Shown here: in pieces, positions 13,346 through 26,191 of the stretch
How the letters are laid out: each line of letters begins with the position of its first letter
Position numbering within the stretch: the first letter of the stretch is position 1
Assembly (NCBI RefSeq): GCF_964355755.1
Contig: NC_092671.1
Coordinates: forward strand, 9,362,001 to 9,426,000
Direction of reading: 5' to 3'
Length of the DNA stretch: 64,000 nucleotides
Source: Antedon mediterranea
Taxonomy: Eukaryota > Animalia > Echinodermata
The notes under the pieces: model-generated
What the model was told of the DNA's origin: nothing
What the model saw: only the letters and a program-made list of their open reading frames with translations
The model's database searches: none
Made by a program: the position numbers and the translations under genes

Positions 13346-14632
13346 CTGTAGGCCTCCACTATCGTATTCAAACAATGATATGTATTTCAATCATATTTTA
13401 CCATAACACGAGGATACACGTGTATTTTCGATATTCTAATAAGTACATCATTCTCTTATGACTAATGAATTGTCAGTGAATGGAGCATAGAGGAAATGGT
13501 AAAAGGTACATATTAGTCGCATAAGTAAAGTACACTTTACTGATGTTTTTTTTTATGGCTGGTCTGTGCGTAATGTAACCGATTTTCGTCTTAAATGAAG
13601 TTGCCATAAACACTATGATAAAAGATACATCACAAAACGATTTATAGGCTTATAGTTGAAAAGAAGCAAGTTTGATTTGTTGTTCCACCTTCAATTACAT
13701 AGGATTTATTAGATAGTAGTCATACCTACTCGCAAGAGTGCGTTGTTGCGAGTCCTAAAATCCGATATAGCTTTTTCCAATTGGCATGCATGTATACGTG
13801 GTCCGTTTAAAAACTTAATTCGCGTTTACAGAGACACGACTGAATCGGCAGATGATAAACATTTCACAGCTCATAAGCATGTATTCTCTTCACTAACTGT
13901 GATGCTACTAAACCAATTTCCTCTTCCCAGATAGTCAATTGTAATTTTTATAGTCATCAACCCGAGAGGAAATTAGCTCGCTTTGTATCTAACTTACGGC
14001 AGGTGGGAAATCTTGGCTAGTAAGGTCGACAACATGTTAGAATGTAAAAACATTTATCGAACTAAAATCAGTTTTAGAAGACGAGTTTGTACTCAGATTT
14101 TTTCTACATTTAACCTTGTCTAGTTTTTGATGACATGGAAATGGTGTAATCTAAAATAACTTGGATATGGACCAGTGATAATGTTCTTCATTAACACTGC
14201 TGATTTTTGCGTGTGTGTATGTTAGACATTATTAATTACCGGAGTTATATTCTAATCAATTTATATATTGTAACAAGACAGTAATGATAACTTAAGCCAA
14301 GGCAGTCTTACATTGCCTTGCTTAGGCAGACACAACAACACATGGCATTCAAATAAAATATGTATTCAAAACAAAACCATCATTATAACAATGAAGATAT
14401 TAAATAAAAGAAGTTGAAACGTGGAAAACATTAATAAATGCCTCATTTATTAAATCAAATTTATCTAAATTTAAAATGTATATTACTTCATAAAACATAT
14501 TATGAAGCAGACAGAGCAAATGAAACAGTGGGTTGCACGAATACAGTAATGAGACAAAATTATTAAAAAGTCAACCTGGAAAGATACGGCTGCATCACTA
14601 ACATGGGAATAGACGTGTAGTTTGTTCCTTTA

Positions 14633-14702
14633 AATCTCTATCTACACTATCAAACTAGTTTTTTTTTTGACACATAAAGTTTGATAGATTAGAGAGATAG
14701 CT
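14633..14702. mobile_element. MITE family 1, degenerate and deleted copy
   Basis: TCTACACTATCAAACTAG...CACATAAAGTTTGATAG. Confidence 0.55.
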
Positions 14703-16501
14703 TAAGAGTGCATTTGCCTTCTAACTTTGTTAAATTTAATTAAGAGAAGAAGCCTAGTAACTACGGTATTAATGATTTGAGAGACAAAATTAAAAAATAG
14801 AGCGGAAGGTCATATACTATATTAGGTGACAATATATCATTTCGTATTTTAGGTATGTTTGTATTAACATGGTCGACTGCAATTATATATCATGAAGGAA
14901 TTCCTCCATAAGTATATATTGATGAAACCTGACCTAATAGCCCAAATGCGTTAGAAATCATTTTAAAATGGCTTTAATTTTTAATCGATTTCCACTGAAT
15001 TGCTATCTCCCCGTTAACATTATAATGATGTCGTACAATCCGTTTTTAGCACCATTTCCGTCAAAAATGACTCGCATTAGGCATATCGGTGGGCTCTAAG
15101 ATTATTACTAAAGTTTGCGGTTCAAAAAAAGGAAAAAAAATAAATAGTAAAAACACATGATAAATGTATCAATAAAAAATATTTACAATGTGTTTGTCGT
15201 AGTAAATAAATTAAATCCAGAAATATAATTAGTTTCAACTTGAATTAAGTATGGAATGGAGTGGACGAAACGCAAGCGAGTTGACCAATGACAAGCGACA
15301 GTTGGAATAATCCATCGCCTGTGATTGGTCAAATTCCTTACGTTGTGCTACGTCGTTGTGTTGCGTCTCTAATAGGAATCAAGCATTTGACGTATAGGAT
15401 ACAGTAAGACGAATGTAGACAATATGAATATAATACCACTATATAAAATATTAATAACAATTTATAATATTAATATTAAGTAAGGACCTGTTGGTCCAGA
15501 TCCTTCACTAACTGAGTTAGTGAGAAGTCGAATAAATTAAAAAAATAAATAAATAAATAAAGAACGTTTAATATTCGGAAAGGTGTGGCGGTGCCGCTCC
15601 TTGTGATTTAATAATTGAGCCACATCGGGTGCGACCCCTGCCCTGGCGCAGATCCTGGTAGGTTGGCTCTCAGATTTGACGATGAAACCTAAATATGTGA
15701 TACTATGGCACTAGTGCACCGTAGGCAGCCAAAAATTTTTTTTAAACTTCTCCCGAATGTCTACATCTACTTTTAATACGAATCTGCGTCGTTAGATGCG
15801 ACTTTAAAATCCAATCAATTATTAATTGATGAAAGAACATTTATTTGCTTTCACAAAACCTCCTTAACAAAATAAGATACTAGACATTTTTTGTTATATT
15901 GCACTGGTCAACTTGTATTAGTACTGTACTGAATAACTCGAAAAGACAAATACCCTGCGAAACCGGCGCAAACACATTTAAGCCTAATAATACATTTTAT
16001 AGTATTCCACATTCCACGAGTTCATTTCTTCGTGTACTTATACCACAGAGTTATAACCATTTGTATCCATTAAGTACATGTTTAAATTATACACAAAATA
16101 AAGCCAAATTCCTAATTTCTCTTACCACACACGTAAGATGCAAACTCAAAAGTGAACCAATGACATTACGTCACATATCTTTACTGCCTATGACATGTCG
16201 TGCTATCCGATACACGAGCGGTATCATATCTAGCGACAAAAAACATACTGCAGTATCACGTCTTTTGACAGCAATCTCCATCCCATATAGGATATAATGA
16301 AAGATCAGTTAGTTAAAGAGTTAAGTTATACTGTATTTTAGGTGCGAGGTTGTTGCCGTCGACAGACACGATACACCAGAGCACCGGCTGCCGTAACAAC
16401 ACTAGTATTACATAAAGTTCCGACAATAACCATTCCGATCTGTATTCTTTAGAATTCAACATAGGGCCTTCTATTTCGATACATCAGTTGAAAGAAAAAG
16501 T

Positions 16502-17530
16502 TCAGCATCTAGCTTTGTTACTCTTTAAATCTTTCCACATCCTGGGAAGTTGACGAGTTGGCATTTGATGTGACGTAACGATTTTCCTATAGCGACATAC
16601 TGAATAAGGTACCCTGGAATTGTGGAATTCTTTCATCTTCCTCGGGATTATACCCAGCTTCTGCCAGACCGTACCGCAGAAGACATCCTCCAGGTATAAG
16701 AATGTTGCATTCTGGGAATGAATATACGTATCTCTTGCAACATCACCAGACATTAAATACCCAGTTCCAGATAAAAATGGCGGGTACGTCTTTCCAGGAT
16801 ACAATTCGTAAGGCATATACCATTTGCTTTTTTTGTTTCTGATTGGTCCTCCTTTCATTAAGACGCCAGCCGCTAACTTCTCTTGCTTGTCTTCAGGATC
16901 GGTTGATAAATATTTAATAATGTTTCCATAATGTACAAACATATCATCATCCGTTTTCATAACGTACTTTGCACTGGGACAAAACATTGAAGCCCACTTC
17001 ATTCCCATTATAGTTTTTAATGTCAAATTTACATATGTATCTATAAAGTCCTCCATTAAAATATCTTTAAATTTCATATTTTCTTCTTCAACTGAATGAA
17101 CCAATCTTTTATCATTAATTTTTCCTAATAGAAACATAGTGACGATCTTTTTACCTCCTATCTCCTTCGGGCTCGCCCAAGTTTCTCTGATAATTTGACG
17201 TTGGTATTTATTCTTATGCATTGTCAGGACAAGCACTAGTAAATACACGTCTTTATCAGTCCCGTTATCGTACAGACAGACATCGGGATTGTTGATGACC
17301 AGTTTGTAGTTATGCGGTAACGTATAATTGTATGTAGAGTTGCTTTGGGTGTTATTATTATTTACAGGAAATGCTAGTGTAAATAACCGCTTGTTTATTT
17401 CTTCTTTTAGCTTAGCTTCCTCTTGAATAGACATTGGCGATGGCTTGTATCGAAACTGCACCAAAACGAATACAATAATAGTACTGGCGAAGAGAAAGCC
17501 TAAAATGAAACGACTTCGTTTCATAATCAT
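16502..17530 (-). CDS. B3GALT1: Beta-1,3-galactosyltransferase 1-like (GT31), single coding exon, paralogue A
   Basis: N-terminal TM anchor; motifs IRETW, EDFIDTYVNLTLKT, YVMKTDDD, YPPFLSGTGY, LEDVF; splice acceptor TTTCAG just upstream of the ATG. Orthology to B3GALT1 specifically is not established. Confidence 0.88.
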   Translation of the reverse strand: MIMKRSRFILGFLFASTIIVFVLVQFRYKPSPMSIQEEAKLKEEINKRLFTLAFPVNNNNTQSNSTYNYTLPHNYKLVINNPDVCLYDNGTDKDVYLLVLVLTMHKNKYQRQIIRETWASPKEIGGKKIVTMFLLGKINDKRLVHSVEEENMKFKDILMEDFIDTYVNLTLKTIMGMKWASMFCPSAKYVMKTDDDMFVHYGNIIKYLSTDPEDKQEKLAAGVLMKGGPIRNKKSKWYMPYELYPGKTYPPFLSGTGYLMSGDVARDTYIHSQNATFLYLEDVFCGTVWQKLGIIPRKMKEFHNSRVPYSVCRYRKIVTSHQMPTRQLPRMWKDLKSNKARC

Positions 17531-20500
17531 GATAACACTAGCAGGTCTGTACACATTCTGAAATATAAAATACAATTTAATTAAAACTTTTGCGTATTTA
17601 TTTTAGGCATGAGATGTGGAATGGACTAACATCATACAGTACCGATTAAAAAAATGTATTACTATTGCCTCGCGCGTATTGGGCACACGCCTCTATATAA
17701 TGACAAATAAAACAGTCTAAATTACCTCACGCATTACACGCGTGCAACATTCGTGCGACCCCAAGGACCAGCTACTTTCAAACATGTTTTATGGAAAGGT
17801 TTATTGTACAGCGATTATATTGCTGTTTTTGTGTAAGTTATTTTCTATTTACTTTCTATTTACTGATTCATAACTGTTACCTTTTAGAAAACAAAAATAT
17901 AGACACAAATTTACATTCACGTCAACTACGGTACGCACGCATTTACATACCGTGTTTTACCACCTTCTTCCACCCCATTCTTTTACACATATTTTTTGCA
18001 GAACACATCATCACCAGGGTCAACTTCGATCAATTATATTAATGAAGCCTGGCCTAGTATTTAGCCAAAATGCGATAGAAATCATTAAACACGCCTGCAA
18101 TTGTTAATCTATTTTCACCACAAATATATTACTATATATCTCAGTAATGATATAATCATCTTTAGCACCATTTCCCTCATTGACATTCTCTCACACAATA
18201 GAAATCTTGAATTGGTTAATTACTTATCATTAACAACAGTATTTTGGTTCCATAACGTGAACTAAATTGAGGATAAAAATCGTCTAAGTTGATTATTTAT
18301 CATTTATACTGTGAATCACCGTTAGTAAATTTTCTGTGCACCTCCTTTATAGTTAACCTTCAAATTAATTATGTCTTTTAATTTGAAAATAAATAAATAT
18401 GCAGAAACTTTTTAGAACAAAAGAGGGCGACGTTTCATTTGTAAAGACGTTTATACAGATGCATTCTTCGAAATAAGTCGGGTTCTTAATTTATTACGAT
18501 GTGAAAACAAACTTTGAATGAATGTAAATGTATCATGAAACCTGGTTGTGACCAGGCAATGTGATTATTTCTGACAAACTTCTAAGCTAATTATTATGGC
18601 AAATTCCCATCTCCCTGTTATAAGGAAGGCTATGTTAATTTCTTTCAGAGTTATAACATCTTTCTGAAATAATTTTATACAGAGTCTGGTAAAATTATGT
18701 AACATTTCTCCAGCATATTGTGGTAATATTCATAGTTCACTCTGATATCTCTATGGTTATACAATATATTTACAGTAAAACTAAATAAATAATATTTGAA
18801 TACAAATAAACAACAAATTAGTAGGCCTATGAAAATATGAAATAATGATTGGTTGATAACGTTTGTGCTGGCTGTCATCTTTTTAAAAATAGGGCTATGA
18901 ACCGCAGATATGTACGTATGACATTGATCATGAATTTAAGTGAAGAAATCCCTCACCCATTTGAACAATTTGCGATTAACAAAGGATCATGTACATTCCA
19001 GTCTAATGAAGCATACTACTGTGTAATTACTGCGAGTATTGTGTGTTTTGTATTGATATCCCAAGATAGTTATTTATACCTCCATAGTTATTCTAATTTC
19101 ACTGCAGCAAAGACCAGATCAATGGGTGTAGCAATATTTAGAACAGCACTTGGAGGCGACTATTACTACTATACTATAATTGATCATCGCAAACTACTAA
19201 AAATCACAATGGTATGAGTATGTGAAAGTTTAGTCACCCAATTACAACTTGGGACTGACCACTGGTTAATATTTATAATATTGCAAGAGCCCATGTAGTT
19301 AATATTCATTTTTTTTATTACAAAAAAAACTCTGTACACATGACATATAGTGGTCATTGAAACTCCCCCTTATTTAACACTTTAGAACACCAGCAAACAA
19401 TTTGTTTTAGGCCTAATGGATATTGTTACTGTATTGGCATCATTATGACTATAGAGAAAATGCATAAAAAAAATCACAAGCATATACAAGTTAAACATGC
19501 AAAGAAAACAGTTTGTGATCATTAAATATGATACTGCTGCAAGCATGTTAGTAAATTAAATTGCCATTGTGGTTTCAAACCTACAGTGTTACTTTACCTA
19601 TGAGATGAAAAAATAATCTCCCAATTTGAACCCAGACTCTTCAACAGTACTTGAAATACAAATGTCATGCTATTACCATTAGACCACTCTGGAATTTAAG
19701 CATTCCGACAATAAAGTGAATCTTGAATCTTATATTGAGCTGATAAACTGGTTGACAATACCAAAAGAGAGAAGAAAATGGAGAGCTTTGTAAGAGTGAC
19801 CGGATCTACTGATCCTGTGGTGGACTGCCAATTCCTGAAGCAAAAACTAAGTCTCATTTAGGCTTGAACCATGAACCTTGGATTGGAAGGTGTACGTACG
19901 AACCGCCAAGCTAATTACAGCACATACTGTACTGTTTACTAATATAAAAATATTACAAAGCATCAATGAAGGATGCTGTATTACTAATCAATTAATCAAT
20001 ATTATACACAAGACTTCCTTGTATAACACTGAAATATTATCCATTTAATTATAGAAATTGCATCAGCCTAGGAAAAAAAATTTGTACTGTAAATAATAAG
20101 TTATAAATGGTAACAACACACTGTTCATGCGTTTCTGCAGGATATTACTCGATAAATAACTTACCATATAGAGTTACACTGAATTCATTTTGACAAAATT
20201 GTATCTCAATTTAAGATCAGCTGAATTAACTGTATTTTGTAACCACTGGTAAATTAAAGATTTCCTCTGTTATGTGTATTCACTGCATCAACCAATCACT
20301 CACATTGGTGGACAAACACTATTAGTAATGATACGCTTCACTGATTTAATCATGAATATTCAATTAATGTATTGATACCATATACAAAATATAGATTACC
20401 TTTTTTTAAATAGCACCCTCAAGGTTATTATTTGTTAATATAACAATGTATTTTTTATAGGTAACAAATAAAATGTTTTTATTCCAATACTTTTAATAAT

Positions 20501-20721
20501 CAAGAATAATATTGTGCTGGGCGGAGACATTCACTAAGCTTAAAGCCAGCCTCTAAGCTAAAAACCAGCCTACAGTAATTATAACATAGCACCCAACCTG
20601 TAGGTACTGATTTATTTTTCACACCAAACGTTTTATCAAAGTGCCTTGAACTTTTTTATATTCCTGAGAAGAAGTAAAGTACTGTAGTATTAAACACTAC
20701 AACCCCAAGTAAATGTTAAGT

Positions 20722-21065
20722 GAGACAAATGGCCAAGTGGTTAAGTCAGGGGTGCCATTTACCGTACCTTAACGAGCCAACACTATCAGCATTTGTTCGA
20801 GGCCGACTCGCTCCTAGTTTTGGTGGTGGGACAAGTCTTCTAATAAGGACTATAAACCGTAGGTCCAGTGTACACAGTTATAACCTGTGTGCACTTTAAA
20901 TAACCCAGTTCATCATTCCAGATGAGTAGGGGGTAGTACCCCGATAAACTGGTTCACAAAATAACCCCTGTCTGTATATCAGAGGGATTACCACTGATAG
21001 GACAGTAATTAATTTACTATTGGTAATCCTTGGCCACATGTGCCTAAAGACATCAAATAAAAAAA
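20722..21065 (+). mobile_element. tRNA-derived SINE, same family as 7810-8131
   Basis: TGGCCAAGTGG A-box, GTTCGAGGC B-box, TAAGGACTATAAACCGTAGGTCCAGTGTACACA core shared with the rough-intron copy; A-rich tail. Confidence 0.78.
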
Positions 21066-22950
21066 CTGGCACTGTAAAAATGTATTATAATAGTTCACAT
21101 CAACTTGGCAAAACCATCGCATTATTCCACCGCAAATGATAAGTTTATCGTGAATCAACATACCTCATTACGCCATGTTAATTATCTAGCATGTGTAGTG
21201 CTCAATATTTAGGGGCAATACAGTAGTATGTTTGCGGCATGGAATATAAATAAAAACAACAAAAAATAGTATTCCAAAATATTTATTAACAATGTACAGT
21301 ATGCAAATTAATGATACGTTTAATCACAATTAATTTATCAAACCATTTATACAAAAAAAAATCCATTATTACTAATTATTGATTTATAATCAAAATTTCT
21401 AACTATCTAAACACAGTATATTTTTATTGTTATTAAAAATAATTTTGATACGAATTTATGATACGAATAAATGTAAATTTGTAAATGCACGACAACATTA
21501 CAATATATTGGATTGAAACAAATAATGTTTCTTTTACAGATGTCCAATTTCTTATCATTTGAGAATATTATTATGGCTGGTTATACTTCTTTAATGTATA
21601 ATAATTAATAACAATAATTTAATTGTACAAATCAAAAATAATTAATAAATATTTAAATGTTTTTTTTTGTCAAGCACTGAAAATGGCTATGATTGAGATC
21701 ACAATCATGGACAAAATTACAGTATGAATTAATAATAATTTTTAATTTGTAATCATAGCCATTCTATGCTATTTTAATAGTTTTTGTCCATTGTCCATCC
21801 AGTGTGATAGAAGATAGTCAAAACTTAAAATGAAAAAAAATGTAAATACTACTGCTATTTTCTAGAATTTACTATAAACCACTATAGAACAAATAAAATA
21901 AACATATTATTTTCAACACATGTCCACCTGAACAAACAATGGATTCTGCAGCAAACTAATCTTAGACTTAGTAAATATTTAAAAATGTACTTGACAGTTT
22001 GGGATGATAATGTACAGTAATACAGTATTATAACTATATAAATAATTCACATTTAGAACTGCTGGTGCTTATATCAATTTCATTGGTCTTTGTGCAATTT
22101 ATAATTTGATTACCGTATGGATTAGAAAATAAAAAATTAATATGTTTATTGATTATGTTCCATGGAATATACATACACAATACAATATATTACAATGTGC
22201 AATGCTTACAATAACTCCTATTTGAACGTGTTTAACATTACTACCAATCCATCCATTTATTTATTTTTTATTATTTATTTTTATGGTTGTCGCAAAATAA
22301 ATTAAATATGTCTCCTCCTAATATTATTAGACTGAGTCACTTATTCAATTATTTTTAATACTGTAAATAAATTATTGGAAATTGAAAGCAATATTTTGGC
22401 AACATTGTTGGATGATATCAACAGTTAGGTTAAACCCTAATGCCACATTCGGTTTCACCGTGATTTACTGACTGGACACACAAAATAAATTAAGTTTAAG
22501 AAAGAAAAAGCTCAAACTTAAATGTATCAGAAGAGAAATTGTAAAACTAATCAGGGCAAACAATCTATTGTGTACTATCTAATAAAAAACCTGCTGTCCA
22601 TCAACACCATACTGTACATGGTGGTTTGTTTATTGCAGTTTACATCAACAAATACTTAAAGCAATAATGTAACGTTTGGCTTGCAAAATGGCACCCAAGC
22701 TAGTGAGAAATACAAAATGAATTTAAATTCTGAAGATTTGCACATTGGAATCAACAGCAGTTTGTAATGTTGTACAGTAGTACTGTAATGTTGTACAGTA
22801 GTACTGTAATGTCAATTATATTCAGAGAATCATTCCCGATTCAACAGAACTATTTGACTCATATACTGTACTTCAAAACAAAATAACTTTAGTCCTGAAC
22901 ATGAAGTATGATATGAGTATGGTAAATAAATTTAATAACTTTTAGTATTA

Positions 22951-23077
22951 AGCTTTGTCTACACTATCTAAGTGTGATAAGCTGGTAGTGATATACCCAA
23001 ATATGGTAGTGATCATCATGTCCGTATGGGCACATCACATTTTTTTTCACATAAAGTTTGATAGTGTAGACAGAGCT
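22951..23077. mobile_element. MITE family 1
   Basis: AGCTTTGTCTACACTATC...GATAGTGTAGACAGAGCT. Confidence 0.8.
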
Positions 23078-23150
23078 GCTTTAACAAAAATCGATTAGAC
23101 TAGATGTAAACAATAAAAGTTTGTTAGTAGAAAAGTAATATTTAATAATG

Positions 23151-24515
23151 CTACCAAGAGCATTTTTTATCCGTTTTCTTTTGATCATTCCATATACGTC
23201 GCATTTCACCGGGTGGAACCATATGCGTGGTCAATATTCTTTTGTAACGACAAAATGAATATTGTGTGCGCCAATTATGAAACTCTGCATGGCGTTTTGG
23301 TTTAATGCCGATTTTATCCCACACGGTCGCACAGAACACATCCTCTAAATATAGAAACGGAGTATCCACCGAGGCTATAAAGGTTTTACGTACAACATCT
23401 GAAGACATTACATACCCCGTACCCGAGAGGAACGGAGGATATTTACCTCCTGGATATGTCTCCTTCGGCATGTACCACTTACTTTTAGGGTCCCGTATGG
23501 GTGCACCGTTGATGAGAAAACCCATTGCGAGCCCTTTTCTAGTTTCAGGGTGCTTCATAAGGTAGTTAACTATATTTGGATACGACACGTACATATCATC
23601 ATCTGTTTTCATTACGTACTTTGCGCTTGGACAATACATTGAAGCCCATTTCATGCCCATCATTGTTTTAAGAGTTAAATTCTTATACGTATCCTGGAAA
23701 TCTTCCATAATCAAATCATTAAATTCTTTATTTTCTTCTTCGACAACTGACTGTAATTCCTTATCATTTGTTTTCGCTAAAAGAAAAATTGTTATTATTT
23801 TCTGTCCATTGATTTCCTCATAATTACTCCACGTTTCCCGGATTGCTTTACGCTGTTCAAAGTTTTTATGTATGGTACATATCAAAACAGCCAAGAAAAT
23901 ATCTTTACGAGATCCATCCTCGTTATTACATGCCTCGGGATGATTCAAAACCAGATTAAAATTATGTGGAAAAATGTGATGACCTTGAATAACAGCAAGT
24001 AACTCTGGGTCAATTTTGAAAACCGAATTTGGTTTCTTTTCAACGGCGGCGGGTTCTGGCTTAACATCCAATTTAATATCCTGCTCAACAGGCTTGACTA
24101 CTTCCTTTGGTATTTCTACTATTACTGGTGGTATGATTTTGTTCTCTTCAGTTTTTAAATCAACTTTATTGTCTATTTCTATAATGTTCTGCTTTTGTTG
24201 TTCAATGATAGCTTGATTTACATGATTTAGATTATAAATCGGACCAGGATTAACAGCTTTATCTTCAGGTTTTAAGTTGTAAATAATACCTGCATCAACA
24301 CCAGTATATTTTTTTTCTGTCTCGTTTTGTTTATGATTGACTAGTTTAGTACCCTGTTGAGCATGGTTTTGACGTAGTATGTCTGCTCCATGCAAACTGT
24401 GCACATTCTTTTCAGACTTCCAGAACGCATTTGAGCCACTAGCATAGGCATAGAGGAGAACATTGATAATTGTGACAACAGACAGAAGTAAGAGGTTTCT
24501 TATGGTACGTTTCAT
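23151..24515 (-). CDS. B3GALT1: Beta-1,3-galactosyltransferase 1-like (GT31), single coding exon, paralogue B with long stem region
   Basis: TM anchor; RKAIRETW, EDFQDTYKNLTLKT, YVMKTDDD, YPPFLSGTGY, LEDVF; acceptor near 24662; probable 5' non-coding exon with donor at 25785. Confidence 0.9.
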   Translation of the reverse strand: MKRTIRNLLLLSVVTIINVLLYAYASGSNAFWKSEKNVHSLHGADILRQNHAQQGTKLVNHKQNETEKKYTGVDAGIIYNLKPEDKAVNPGPIYNLNHVNQAIIEQQKQNIIEIDNKVDLKTEENKIIPPVIVEIPKEVVKPVEQDIKLDVKPEPAAVEKKPNSVFKIDPELLAVIQGHHIFPHNFNLVLNHPEACNNEDGSRKDIFLAVLICTIHKNFEQRKAIRETWSNYEEINGQKIITIFLLAKTNDKELQSVVEEENKEFNDLIMEDFQDTYKNLTLKTMMGMKWASMYCPSAKYVMKTDDDMYVSYPNIVNYLMKHPETRKGLAMGFLINGAPIRDPKSKWYMPKETYPGGKYPPFLSGTGYVMSSDVVRKTFIASVDTPFLYLEDVFCATVWDKIGIKPKRHAEFHNWRTQYSFCRYKRILTTHMVPPGEMRRIWNDQKKTDKKCSW

Positions 24516-25447
24516 TTTCAATCTCAGACAATTTGCTACTTTGGTTGTAATTAGGTCTTACTCACATATCTGGATTTCATTCAAACAGGTGGCTTACACT
24601 TTTACTGCTTACAATTCCAATAATAATTATTTCCAAATAAAGTTAATGTGTGTTGGTTAGTCTGTGAAAAGATGACAAGAAAAAACAAGACTTAAAAAAG
24701 GGGGAAACGCCACAATAACTATAAACAAAGTAACTCTAATACTGTAACACTGACAGCAATGTTAAATGTGCATACAGTAGGCATGCAAAAAGAAAAGTAT
24801 TTAACATTTTATTACGTGCAATGAAATTGTGAAAATCTTTTTAAATAAACGTGCAGTTAAACAAAACCATGGTAACAGCCAACAGTTCACTGTAAGGTAT
24901 GCACACTTGGATAACCTTATTACAAAACATAAAATGTTCTTCAAAATTCAGTTATAAAAGCAAAAAATAAAACAAAAGAAAAAAATTCAGTAGAATATAC
25001 AATGGATGCAGTACTGTAACAAGTAAAGAATACACACTGCAGCCTAGGTTTAGCAAATAAATGACTTTATTATATTAATATTTCTGTACAGTATTTTACG
25101 CAAGGACATAGACATATTGATTTAAAATGTTAATAAATGTGTCACTTAAATGCAGAGAGCCCTTTCACTCAAGCACTAAATGTTAATAAAAGGGAAGATG
25201 TTATTTCCATCTTTCTTCCATCCTAGTTTGTGTATATGGGTAACTAATCATTTAAATCTTAATATAATATATTGGTAATTGGACAGCACACACACATCAA
25301 ACATTATAACAATCATGACTTGAAAATAAGTAAGATTAATTCAATTACCATTCAATAAAACTGATGATAAAGTAAATAAATAATGGGTACAGAGTGTGTA
25401 TATGATATGGTCCACCCAGTATATTATTTATTATTTACTTGGTTGGT

Positions 25448-25697
25448 CCTAGACCTAGTGTTAGGTCTAGCAGCCTTGCTTGGTAGTAGTAGGGTAGGTA
25501 TGGACAGAAATAGGCCTAGAGTGTAGTAGCAGGAAGGCTACTAGCCTAGCCTAGGTTGGCCTACTGTGAAGTAGGTAGTAGTAGAGGAGGCTAGACTAGC
25601 TACCACCGGCGCCAGGTGGTAGGCCTGGCCCTGGCTAGTAGAGAGTAGCCTATAGAGGCCTAGCCTACTACTAGCTAGTTGTGTGGTCAGAGCCTAG
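25448..25697. repeat. TAGGCCTA/CTAG-rich tract in the probable first intron of B3GALT paralogue B
   Basis: Same word composition; begins ~90 bp past the minus-strand donor at 25785. Confidence 0.75.
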
Positions 25698-26191
25698 AGT
25701 ATAAGTTAATGTAACAACATAATATCGATCCTTATAAAATATTGAGTTATTTAAAAATAACTAACAATCTCATCTTCATTCTTACCTTCATTTAGGCTAA
25801 TTATTATGGCGTTTAACCTTGTTATGCACTAAAGAAACAGACCCGAATATTTTTTTTATGGTGAAAACGGTGATGACATGGATGGAATTGACATGGAACT
25901 AACATTGATGATTGTGTGAGGGAGACGTTTAATATGGTTCCCGAGTCAAAACTTTCAGATAGAGTGTGGAGGATAATACAATATTTAATAATATAATAGG
26001 AAGCAACAGGACGGAAATATTAAAAGGTTATTTTAAAAAAAATAGAAAATACATATTTTTTATATTATTGCTAGGCTAGGCCTAAGAAATCATTTTCTTA
26101 GGAGTGTTTGTGTTTTTAAACCTGTTGGTGGCGTCCCATACAACAGCCAGAGTTATAGTACGTGTAGAGGGCGCTTTTCGTTTTCATCAAA

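Noticed and set aside
15899-16297. 132-aa plus-strand ORF
   Set aside because: Non-ATG start, no recognisable motif, antisense to the probable B3GALT-A 3' UTR
19617-19915. Two tRNA-like segments on the minus strand (also ~12785-12850)
   Set aside because: Too degenerate to fold; probably old tRNA-SINE heads
22763-22812. Two-copy 21-bp tandem repeat TGTAATGTTGTACAGTAGTAC
   Set aside because: Ordinary slippage duplication in a 3' UTR
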